Position numbers and translations under genes: made by a program. A DNA stretch of 63,633 nucleotides, counting the filler, from Pseudomonadota bacterium (lineage in GTDB: Bacteria; Bdellovibrionota_F; JAHFAK01; JBDREC01): assembly GCA_043820105.1 (NCBI GenBank). It is 8 parts of 8 records of this genome, joined end to end, with 100 filler letters (N's around TTAATTAATTAA, not from the genome) between each part and the next. Parts side by side here need not be neighbours in the genome. Positions count along the whole stretch, not along the records: positions 42,675 to 46,145 come from JBDREC010000014.1; positions 46,246 to 48,446 come from JBDREC010000017.1; positions 48,547 to 54,670 come from JBDREC010000018.1; 5 more parts are not named here. One strand, 5' to 3'. The notes beneath the pieces are model-generated. The model saw only the letters and a program-made list of their open reading frames with translations, did no database searches and was not told the origin of the DNA. Positions within the stretch are counted from its first letter, which is position 1; every line of letters starts with the position of its first letter. Shown here in pieces: positions 42,676 to 51,195 of this stretch.

Positions 42676-44628
42676 GAAATTAAAGTTGATAATAATATTG
42701 CAGAAGTAAACATAATCAATAATCCAGATTTATTAATAATTACAGACTCTGAAAAACTTTACCAAGAATATAACCAAGAACAAAACGCAGTAAAAGCAGT
42801 CTTAAAGCAAACATACGCAAATGCAGAAGATGATGGTGTTGTTTATGATTTAAGCTGGTATAAAACTGATTTAGGAGTTAATAATCCATTTGCATCATTT
42901 ATCAACTATTTTGAAAAAATAATAAAGCCAAACATGGTTGATAATTCTTATTCAATAGCAGTATCCAGCTTCATAAAAGAAAGATGCGAAGATTGTGAAG
43001 ATGTAATGATTGTTGGGGATGATTATGTTGTGCCTGGGTATAGGAATGAAGTTCCCATGACAAAAGGGTTTTCAGCTTTAGGTATAGTCGACTGGTTTGA
43101 AGATAAGATTACCGTGCCTCTATATACAGATACTGGACTTATACAAAGAAAATTTGACTTTAAAATTTCGGATTTGAAGGAATTAGAAAACAGAGTCTAT
43201 TTCGTATTGCCTAATAATATGGATTCTGAATTAAAGGATGCAATAAATGCACTTGAATTAACTATACAGAACAAATTTGATGTCACAGTTAATGAAAAGC
43301 AAGGCAGTGAAATAAATTGTAATGATGTCCAGTATTTTGATAGTTTTAATGGCGCATCTCTTTTCATTATTGGAGACAGGGGAAATAATCCCTCTCTCAA
43401 ATGTTATCCTTTTATTGACTTAGAAGAAAATATGATGACAGTCCAGCCAAATATCTGGGACAGCGCATATTTATTTGATGATAGCAAATCATTTACTGTG
43501 ATTATCTATAGTATAGAAGCTAACATGACTAAAAGAGTAAACTATCTTTTTGAAAACAATATCTACTTGGATGTCCATCATAGAAGTGCAATTTTAGATT
43601 ATGCTGTAATAGGCGTAGGAACAGTTGGTGCAGGAGTTTTGGTAATAGGTGCGGTAGCAGGAGCTCCTGCAATAGTGACTGCCGCTGCTGTTGTTGGAGG
43701 AATTACTGCAGCTGCCAGCATAACTAACGAGTGCGTAATTAAGAATGAAGGAGGAGATAATTGGGGGATGTGCACTGTTGATGGTGTGTTGACTGCAGCT
43801 GGTGGTGTCATAGGTAAAGGAATTACAATGAGTGGCAGATTTGCCAAATGGATATTTGAGATAGCTGTGCCAAATAATGTTTATAAAGTTTTTATTGGAT
43901 ACGGAGATGATTTTACAAAATTTGTTAAAGAATTAATTGAAACTAATTTATTCAAAAAATTTGTTCATGGGGTAAAATCGGCTGATAATTATCTCTCAGC
44001 CATAGGAAAAACGCACTATGCAAATAATCTTGCTGAACTTAATATAAAAAATGCTGGAAAAGTTGTTCCAATAGAATTTAATAAACATATCCCATCAACT
44101 ACCGGTGATGATGTAATTCTTGTTAGAAATGCTGTTGACGATGGAATAGTAGCTATTAGAACATCTGATGGTGCTATTTTGCCTAGCAATGCACAAAAAG
44201 GTAGATTGTTTGGTGAATTTCTTGATGATGTTTCAGATGTTAGTCATGAATCAGTTATGGGGTTCAAACTCACTAAAAAATATAGCAACTATAATTTGAA
44301 GTTTTTGCATAATATTGAACCACAATATGCAGATATTGCAATGTATGATGGAGATGTAATAAAGGCATTAGGAAATACGGGAGAGGATTCTTGGAACAAG
44401 CTAGGGGGAAAAGTTAATAAGATGTTATCTAACGGATTAGATATTGATTCAGAAATTCCTTTTTATCTGGAAAAATCAGGGATTGAAATTACAGATGAAG
44501 CATTTAAGGGATTTGAAACAGCATTAACAAATGTTAAAGCTCTCAGTCATACAAAAGATACTATAACTGTTTCCTTCAATGATAAGATTACTATTTTTAA
44601 TTTCAAAAAATGGGGTGATTTAACATGA
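42676..44628 (+). CDS. 5'-truncated large protein: C25/gingipain-like subdomain, hydrophobic hairpin and orphan C-terminal domain (putative polymorphic toxin)
   Basis: Frame is open from 42676; DLLIITD and VMIVGDDYVVP motifs; Gly/Ala/Val-rich stretch; SD-like GGGGTGAT at the 3' end serves the next gene. Confidence 0.6.
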   Translation, partial: EIKVDNNIAEVNIINNPDLLIITDSEKLYQEYNQEQNAVKAVLKQTYANAEDDGVVYDLSWYKTDLGVNNPFASFINYFEKIIKPNMVDNSYSIAVSSFIKERCEDCEDVMIVGDDYVVPGYRNEVPMTKGFSALGIVDWFEDKITVPLYTDTGLIQRKFDFKISDLKELENRVYFVLPNNMDSELKDAINALELTIQNKFDVTVNEKQGSEINCNDVQYFDSFNGASLFIIGDRGNNPSLKCYPFIDLEENMMTVQPNIWDSAYLFDDSKSFTVIIYSIEANMTKRVNYLFENNIYLDVHHRSAILDYAVIGVGTVGAGVLVIGAVAGAPAIVTAAAVVGGITAAASITNECVIKNEGGDNWGMCTVDGVLTAAGGVIGKGITMSGRFAKWIFEIAVPNNVYKVFIGYGDDFTKFVKELIETNLFKKFVHGVKSADNYLSAIGKTHYANNLAELNIKNAGKVVPIEFNKHIPSTTGDDVILVRNAVDDGIVAIRTSDGAILPSNAQKGRLFGEFLDDVSDVSHESVMGFKLTKKYSNYNLKFLHNIEPQYADIAMYDGDVIKALGNTGEDSWNKLGGKVNKMLSNGLDIDSEIPFYLEKSGIEITDEAFKGFETALTNVKALSHTKDTITVSFNDKITIFNFKKWGDLT

Positions 44629-45263
44629 GTGACTTTGGTTTTAAGATTGTAGTTGAAGAAAGTGAATTTAAAGACAAATACATGAAAGTTCAGGAAATTA
44701 TTACAAAGATATTTGATGAAGCAACTAAAAAATATAAGGATGTTAGTTATGAAGATTCTTATGATGGTACAACTCCTTTAAAGTTTGATTTCTCTAAACT
44801 TAATGACCGAGGAGTTTTGCTAGACTATGAACTGCCATCATTATACAAAAACAAGATCATTATAATTTTTTATTATGAAAAATCTGATTTAGCTACCATA
44901 TCTAAAAAAGGAATCCTTAAACAATGGTTTTTGGAATTAACTAAACTAAAACCTATTGAAATTTTTGGAGGCATGGTACCTATATTTAGCAGAGAAGAAC
45001 ACTTCTATTATGTAAAAGATTTTGAAACATTTCTCCATGGAACAATTATTGAAAGATGGAGAATAGATGTATTTGGGAAACTTATTGAGAAATGGAAAGA
45101 GAATATAATTGGTAACCAAAAACTCATAAAAAAAATAAAAGATTTTCTAATTGAGGAAAATGTGATTCAGCCTGATGGTTCTTTGATTTTTATTGTCAGT
45201 GATGTGTACAATACAAAATGGAAGAAAATCTCAAAAATGATAGAAGAAGAGATAAAAAAATGA
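44625..45263 (+). CDS. hypothetical soluble protein, candidate immunity protein
   Basis: ATGA overlap with the upstream stop; no signal peptide. Confidence 0.55.
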   Translation: MSDFGFKIVVEESEFKDKYMKVQEIITKIFDEATKKYKDVSYEDSYDGTTPLKFDFSKLNDRGVLLDYELPSLYKNKIIIIFYYEKSDLATISKKGILKQWFLELTKLKPIEIFGGMVPIFSREEHFYYVKDFETFLHGTIIERWRIDVFGKLIEKWKENIIGNQKLIKKIKDFLIEENVIQPDGSLIFIVSDVYNTKWKKISKMIEEEIKK

Positions 45264-45601
45264 AAAATAAAAAAACAATTTACACAATAGCAGCAGTATT
45301 GTTATCGGCTTTTGCCATATTTTTCAGAACTATAATCTCAAGCCAAAAAATGCTTGCATTAATAGACGTCATTTTCTTGTTTGGATTATTTACACGATGG
45401 ACAGATTCAGATAAAAAAAGGAAGTACTACAAAATTATTTTTGTAATATTTGCTCTTGTAAGCCTTTTTAATGAAGGCATACTAAAAAATGAGGGTGGTG
45501 GCAATTGGGGTAATTTTGGACTTGATTTATTAGTTAAAATACTATCTGGAATAGTAATATTTAGTTACATGAGCTATATAAAAAATGCATCCAAAAAATA
45601 A
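45260..45601 (+). CDS. small multi-TM membrane protein with KNEGGGNWG loop
   Basis: ATGA overlap at 45260-45263; four hydrophobic segments. Confidence 0.7.
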   Translation: MKNKKTIYTIAAVLLSAFAIFFRTIISSQKMLALIDVIFLFGLFTRWTDSDKKRKYYKIIFVIFALVSLFNEGILKNEGGGNWGNFGLDLLVKILSGIVIFSYMSYIKNASKK

Positions 45602-46145
45602 ATTATTAATCGGAATAATTGTACTATTGATTTTATCTATTAATCTAGCCTCAGCAATAACAACTACGGAAGAAACATCTTCAGTCTCCCGTATAGTTGG
45701 TGAAAGCCCAACAGAAATGTTAAGGCAGATGCAGAGGAATGAAATAGATTTAGAACATGCAACATACTATTCTCATGACCAAGTTAATAATAAAAAAGAT
45801 AATATCTTAGCAGAGCAGTTTGGAAGTGATCTTGATAAAGACTTATTGAATTGGGATTTTGATGATGTTAAAAACTCTGTAAATGGTTTTGGAGAAAATG
45901 AATTGTTTGTATTGGAAACAGAAGGAGATGTTGATCCTTTGCATGCAAAAGCAGGAAGTGATAAGCTCTATACTAAAGACCTAAAAGACTGGCAGCTCTC
46001 CTTCGAAACAAACAACCCATTAATGTTATGGGACAGCCCTTATGCAGGCTCTTATTTGCCTAAAGAAGATACTTTTGTGTCAAGATTAGTTAGGGATTCA
46101 ACAATAATTGCTCCAACTTCATTTAGCTCTCCGCAGTTTACAAAA
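45585..46145 (+). CDS. secreted protein, possibly an inactive C25/caspase-fold subdomain, 3'-truncated
   Basis: Signal peptide (LASA); H...LYTKDL...NPLMLWDSPYAG pattern. Confidence 0.55.
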
Positions 46146-46317
46146 NNNNNNNNNNNNNNNNNNNNNNNNNNNNNNNNNNNNNNNNNNNNTTAATTAATTA
46201 ANNNNNNNNNNNNNNNNNNNNNNNNNNNNNNNNNNNNNNNNNNNNGGCATAACTGAACTTTGAAAAGTGGTGTATGAAATGCTTAATTATTCCTATCTTC
46301 CTCTAAAAGATATTTAA

Positions 46318-46854
46318 TCACTTTAATTCTTTTAAATTTTTATAAAGTTTTTCTATACTCCTTTTTACATCTGCAATATTTTTAGCTCCTGTACAAATAA
46401 CACTGCCACCGCCGAACAACAAAAATGTAACCTTGGGGTCTCTCATTCTATAAACCAAACCTGGGAATTGATTAGGTTCGTATTCCGTATTCTCTAAATT
46501 AAATGATATTTCATTCAAATTTATTTTCAAATCAAGCTTTGTTGAAACAACCATATTTACTATATTGACTTTATATTTTTCAGGAGCTTTGAATCCTATT
46601 TTTCTAATCTTTTTAACAACATTTGCTATAGCTATTTTTGCCTCTTTTGGAGTTTTAGTTCCTGTGCAAACTATTTTACCTGAAGAAAAAATCAAAGCAG
46701 CTGCCTTTGGTTGTTTTAATCTCATGACCAAACCAGGAAACTGGTTTGGTTCATACTCTGTATTATCAATATGAGACGCAACTTTGTCAAGATTTATCTT
46801 AATATCTAAAGAAGCACATGCAACAATATTCTGTATTTTTATTTTAAAAGCCAT
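46318..46854 (-). CDS. tbp: archaeal TATA-box-binding protein
   Basis: Two TBP repeats: NIVA/NMVV, TEYEPNQFPGLV, IFSSGKIVCTG / LFGGGSVICTG. Confidence 0.97.
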   Translation of the reverse strand: MAFKIKIQNIVACASLDIKINLDKVASHIDNTEYEPNQFPGLVMRLKQPKAAALIFSSGKIVCTGTKTPKEAKIAIANVVKKIRKIGFKAPEKYKVNIVNMVVSTKLDLKINLNEISFNLENTEYEPNQFPGLVYRMRDPKVTFLLFGGGSVICTGAKNIADVKRSIEKLYKNLKELK

Positions 46855-46972
46855 TCTCTATTACCTAAAATAATATATTTTGCTTGATTAATTGAATCAT
46901 ATAACATACTTTAAATGTTATAATAATCTTACCATTAGTTAAAAACGTCTACATATAGAACAAAAAGTATTT

Positions 46973-47243
46973 GTGGCCTGGGCATATCCCATCTTCTGTA
47001 AACAGGTCCTGCAGGCGCGTTCACCCCTGTATTGCGACAACATTCGTCTATGCGACCTACCCGCTCCTCTTTCGTCATCAGAGCTGTCTGGTCTTGCACC
47101 TTGCCGGCATTATCCAAATCGAACATTTTGGCCCTATTGAACTACCTAAACCTTTCGGCTTAATCCCGAAGGACGGCAAACCCGTAGGTTGATGGTGGAT
47201 GGAAATTCCTCCCCTTTCGGGGGCAGTTGTCTACCCAGCCCAC
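46973..47243 (-). ncRNA. rnpB: archaeal RNase P RNA (compact, about 271 nt)
   Basis: P1 GTGGGCTGGGTA/TGCCCAGGCCAC, P2 GACAAC/GTTGTC, P3 CCCC-GAAA-GGGG, GAGGAATTTCCATC...ACAGAAGATGGGATA (P4), GGTGCAAG, AGACGAATG; TATA-like TTTTAAA about 25 nt upstream. Confidence 0.85.
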
Positions 47244-47312
47244 TCTAAAGAATTAGACGCAAGCTTTTAAAAAGATATTTTCTTTGTTTTTCTCATCTTC
47301 TTTTCTCATATG

Positions 47313-47663
47313 TTATGACTTGTCAGCAACCATACAATGGATTGAAAATAATTTCTTATTAGCTACAGCTGTCTCATAAACAAGCGCCAACATCTTAAGG
47401 TCGTCTAAATTAGCATCATGTTCTTCTATCCCTTCAGTGATAGAAGATTTTTTATCATTTATCAAAATACCTTCTCTAGTTGCTATATACTCATTATCAC
47501 CATGGGTAAGAGTGTACTTGTAAACCAAAGTAAGGTCCACACCAATCACAGTGGTTGTTAGAATTATAGGCGGGTCCAGTTTTGTGTATTTAGCCTCTTT
47601 CATTGGTACAAAACTGTTTAAATAAGAGTTATATGCTGTTTTTCCTGTTTTTAGTATTGCCAT
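47313..47663 (-). CDS. hypothetical protein
   Basis: 116-aa ORF, no recognised motif. Confidence 0.55.
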   Translation of the reverse strand: MAILKTGKTAYNSYLNSFVPMKEAKYTKLDPPIILTTTVIGVDLTLVYKYTLTHGDNEYIATREGILINDKKSSITEGIEEHDANLDDLKMLALVYETAVANKKLFSIHCMVADKS

Positions 47664-47708
47664 TAAACCACTAGACAGAATTAAGAAAGAAAATTATTTA
47701 AGTTTGAA

Positions 47709-47768
47709 TTATTTCTTCTTTGGCTTCTTTTTCGTCTTCTTGTCCTTGCAACCGCAGCAGCAACACAT
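47709..47768 (-). CDS. 19-aa Cys-rich/Lys-rich micropeptide
   Basis: MCCCCGCKDKKTKKKPKKK*; TTTATAAA box at about 47791-47800. Confidence 0.55.
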   Translation of the reverse strand: MCCCCGCKDKKTKKKPKKK

Positions 47769-47832
47769 AAAACTAATTGTAGTTGGGTAGTTTATAAAAA
47801 AATCTAAAAAAGAAAAATAATAGATGATAATA

Positions 47833-48084
47833 TCAATCAGTTGGATAATTCAATAAAATAGCTTCTCTTGTTTCACGATGCTTTCCTGCTTTTAAACCGT
47901 CTAAAACACTTTCAGCGATTTGTCTTTTGATATTTCTTTTATTATGATCATTATCCAAAGATTTTTTCACTAAAGAATACTGTTTCTCAACAATGTAGCT
48001 TACTGATTCGCTCAATTGAGAATAGAGGCTAGCTGCCACAAAAGCTTCCTTTCCTGTCATTTTTTCATCATTCATATTTATCAC
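47833..48084 (-). CDS. hypothetical protein
   Basis: 83-aa ORF with a TATA-like element upstream. Confidence 0.5.
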   Translation of the reverse strand: MINMNDEKMTGKEAFVAASLYSQLSESVSYIVEKQYSLVKKSLDNDHNKRNIKRQIAESVLDGLKAGKHRETREAILLNYPTD

Positions 48085-48239
48085 TTCATAATAGTTAATC
48101 CCTAAGCTTTAAATAGCTAACGCTAGAAAGTAAAAATACAAAATTTAATTCTCATTAAAAACATCTTAATTCCAAAGAAAATAGCTAACGCTAGTTCATT
48201 GAAAACCAATGAGAATTTACCGGCAGAGGTAATTGAAGG

Positions 48240-48446
48240 GGTCTGAACAAAAAGGCTGTTGGGAGCAGTGAACTGAACACGTCGCCGAAGCTTCGTGCTT
48301 ACATTCCTGCCCCATCAAACAGATAGTCTATCTGTGCCAGTTACCTATTTTTCCCCGCAATTTCCAGCTTAGATGCTTTCAGCTGTTAAATGTTACGGCG
48401 TGGCTACCCAGCGTTACCTTTCGATAACTGGTTAACTAGAGGCCGC
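48240..48446 (-). rRNA. archaeal 23S rRNA, 3' end fragment
   Basis: GCTGAAAGCATCTAAGC and TTGATGGGGCAGGAATGTAAGC on the minus strand; 3' boundary approximate. Confidence 0.9.
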
Positions 48447-48546
48447 NNNNNNNNNNNNNNNNNNNNNNNNNNNNNNNNNNNNNNNNNNNNTTAATTAATT
48501 AANNNNNNNNNNNNNNNNNNNNNNNNNNNNNNNNNNNNNNNNNNNN

Positions 48547-48729
48547 CTTGATCAAAACCTCTAAAAGCTTAACCATAGCCAAAGTCTCCAGTCCACAGTA
48601 TATAAGCAGATCCTTAAATATTTTTTCTTTTTCTTTATTGGTCAGATTATTTTTAATAGTCCTTAAATAATCGAGCATAGCTTTACCACCCTCTCCAATA
48701 TCAAGGTCAGCATAAGACAGCTCTGCTGT
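48547..48729 (-). pseudogene. C-terminal fragment of a DUF2779-type protein
   Basis: LSYADLDIGEG..AM..Y and LLIYCGLETLAM; 5' part missing. Confidence 0.55.
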
Positions 48730-48753
48730 TTTTGAAAACAAGAAACTAAGAAT

Positions 48754-49333
48754 TATGGAAGAAGACGGGTTGGAAAAACACGTTTAATTGAAGAATTTCA
48801 TAAAAAAGCCACCCTCTGGAAATTTGAAGGACTTGAAAAACAAGCGAAATCAAAGCAGATCCGACATTTTCTAGCAACTTTAAGCCAGCATAGTAAAAAT
48901 CCATTATACGAAACAGCGAACTGTAAAAATTGGATTGATGTGTTTAAACTTTTAGATGCTGCGATCCTTGAAAATAACAAAACCAAATATTAATTTTATT
49001 CTTTGCGTATCAATTGCTTCATTCATGGTTGACTCTGTGATAAATTCTTCAGCATTATATGGCAGAATAACCCTTGAAATATGCCTAAAACCACTATCAC
49101 TAAAAGATTGTTATGATTTTTTCAACAGAAAAAAATCATTTAGGGAAATAATAAATCTATATATGGCCATCGGCGGAATTCCTGCCTACCTTTTACAAAT
49201 TGATCACAATACTTCAATCGCAAATAATCTAAACAAATTAGCTTTTTGCAAAGATGGATACTTTGTTAATGAATTTTCCAGAATTTTCAAGGATGTATTT
49301 TATGAAGATAAAATTTACAATCCATCCTCTTAA
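48754..49333 (+). pseudogene. degraded AAA ATPase of the same family as 51196-52602
   Basis: Fragments YGRRRVGKT, FEGLE, SIASFM, SALYGR, GGIPAYL spread over several frames. Confidence 0.8.
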
Positions 49334-49406
49334 TTTTAAATCAGTTTAAACAAAAGTTCAACCCACATATAACAAAATTAAATCAATGAATTTTATATGT
49401 AAATTC

Positions 49407-50741
49407 TCAAAAATTAATTTTATAGTTCGTTGTTTTTCCAGTTCCAATTCTTATTATTAACTTCAGTTTTATCAGTTCCTTTAAATCTCTTAAAATAGTA
49501 TCATTACTTTTCTTAAAATGAAAAACAAGGTCTGAAACTTTAAACAAACCTTTTGCCTTAACATAATTTAGTATTTCCCGTTGGCGAATACTTAATTCTT
49601 CAAGCCCATCAAATAGTCTTGGGAAAAATCTTATGGAAAAAAAGTTTGAAGCTGAAATTTCAAATTCAGGATTTCCATTTTTCTCTAAAGCTTTTCTCAT
49701 TCTTGTAATTCCACTTCCAATCATTTCAATATAGTTAGCTCTATACAACAAGTCTGAAACAAGCAAATTTCGCCTGACACTTCTTTTTCCCAGATCCTCT
49801 ATCTGCAAACCCTTAAAAAGACCGCCTGGATTTTCAATTTCTAATTTATCTTGAAAAAAGTGCATATAAATTCTTGAACTATCATAAAAATAATCTCTAT
49901 GCATTACCGCGTTAATTATTGCCTCTCTCACTGCTTTTATTGGATATTCCCAAGCTTCCTTATGTCTGGCTTCACTGCTTATTAATATTTCTGTTTTCAC
50001 ATGATTCTTGAAAAAATGAATGGCGGCTTCAATCTGATCAATTGGATTGCCCGCGAGATCTTTTTTATCAATGATTTCGTACCTGTCATTTCCTCTATAT
50101 TTTATACATGTAATACAAGCTTCTTTAAAAAACTTCTGTGGATTTTTGCTAAAAAATAAAACACCTGCGTTATTAAATAATAACTCACCTGATTGAACTT
50201 CTGCTACATTAAGATTTAATAACAAATCCTTTGTATCTGTAGGTATTAATGAAATATTTGATAGAGTTCTAAATTTGTCAAATTTCTCTTGATCAAAATC
50301 ATCCTTATATTTAAATTTATCATTTATAATTTCATCAAATCTAACCTTACCTTCGTTTTTCACAAATCCAATTATTTCATCTCTTGAAAGTTTTTGACTG
50401 TTTGGCCCAATCCTAAGAAAAAAACCATCCTTACAACAATATGGCTTATTTTGGCCTTCTTTAACAGTAATTTTTATGATTTGATCCATTTTTTCTACAA
50501 TAATTGAAATTTTTGGTTCACAATTATTCGCCAGATCCTGCATTTGACTGATTAGTGAATTTGTGAAGTTTAAAGGTGTTATTTTTTTATCATCCGATAT
50601 GCCAATAAATATGGCTCCTCCTGAGCTATTAGCAAAAGCTACCATATCTTTAGCAATATTGTTATTAAAGGATTGTTTAAATTCTATTTTTTGCCCCTCA
50701 CCCTCTTCTATAAGCAATTTAATGACATTCGATGTATTCAC
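49407..50741 (-). CDS. Schlafen/AlbA_2 + HATPase_c_4 + winged-HTH protein
   Basis: GEGQKIEFK, AFANSSGG.IFIG, REAIINAVMHRDY, NPGGL, GSGITRM, TILRDLKEL. Confidence 0.9.
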   Translation of the reverse strand: MNTSNVIKLLIEEGEGQKIEFKQSFNNNIAKDMVAFANSSGGAIFIGISDDKKITPLNFTNSLISQMQDLANNCEPKISIIVEKMDQIIKITVKEGQNKPYCCKDGFFLRIGPNSQKLSRDEIIGFVKNEGKVRFDEIINDKFKYKDDFDQEKFDKFRTLSNISLIPTDTKDLLLNLNVAEVQSGELLFNNAGVLFFSKNPQKFFKEACITCIKYRGNDRYEIIDKKDLAGNPIDQIEAAIHFFKNHVKTEILISSEARHKEAWEYPIKAVREAIINAVMHRDYFYDSSRIYMHFFQDKLEIENPGGLFKGLQIEDLGKRSVRRNLLVSDLLYRANYIEMIGSGITRMRKALEKNGNPEFEISASNFFSIRFFPRLFDGLEELSIRQREILNYVKAKGLFKVSDLVFHFKKSNDTILRDLKELIKLKLIIRIGTGKTTNYKINF

Positions 50742-51195
50742 ACATATATCCTATTAATATTATTAACCTTCTGTTAGCATACTCATTTCATATACATTGT
50801 CAACATATTTTGCGCCGCATTTGCGGCGCAAATGCGGCGCATTTACAAGGGGAAGCGCCTCTAATCGTACTGGGTTATCCAATTTTTACTTTCCTCCAGA
50901 AGCTGGATTAAATCATTTGTTGTAATTATTAATTTATAAACAAGCCCTCCTATGTGTATTTCAACTATTTATGCTCAATAATTGAGCGCCAGGGCACCAG
51001 TCTCCAGTTAAGATGGAGAACAAGAGCGCAAGAGAACAAGGGAACAAGAAAAAACACATTTCTTTATTCCCTGAAAACTGATAGCTGATTGCTGAAAGCT
51101 TGCTTGAATAAATCTAGAGTTTTGTTAACCCATTTTCTTCTTTTGAAAACAAGAAACTAAGAATTAATGATATAATAAATCGTTTTTATAAAATT

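Noticed and set aside
46935..47192. ORFs of 63 and 73 aa
   Set aside because: They overlap the RNase P RNA and have no protein-like features.
48730..51166. 26-bp repeat as a CRISPR repeat or integron attC
   Set aside because: Only two copies 2.4 kb apart, no palindromic RYYYAAC/GTTRRRY structure.
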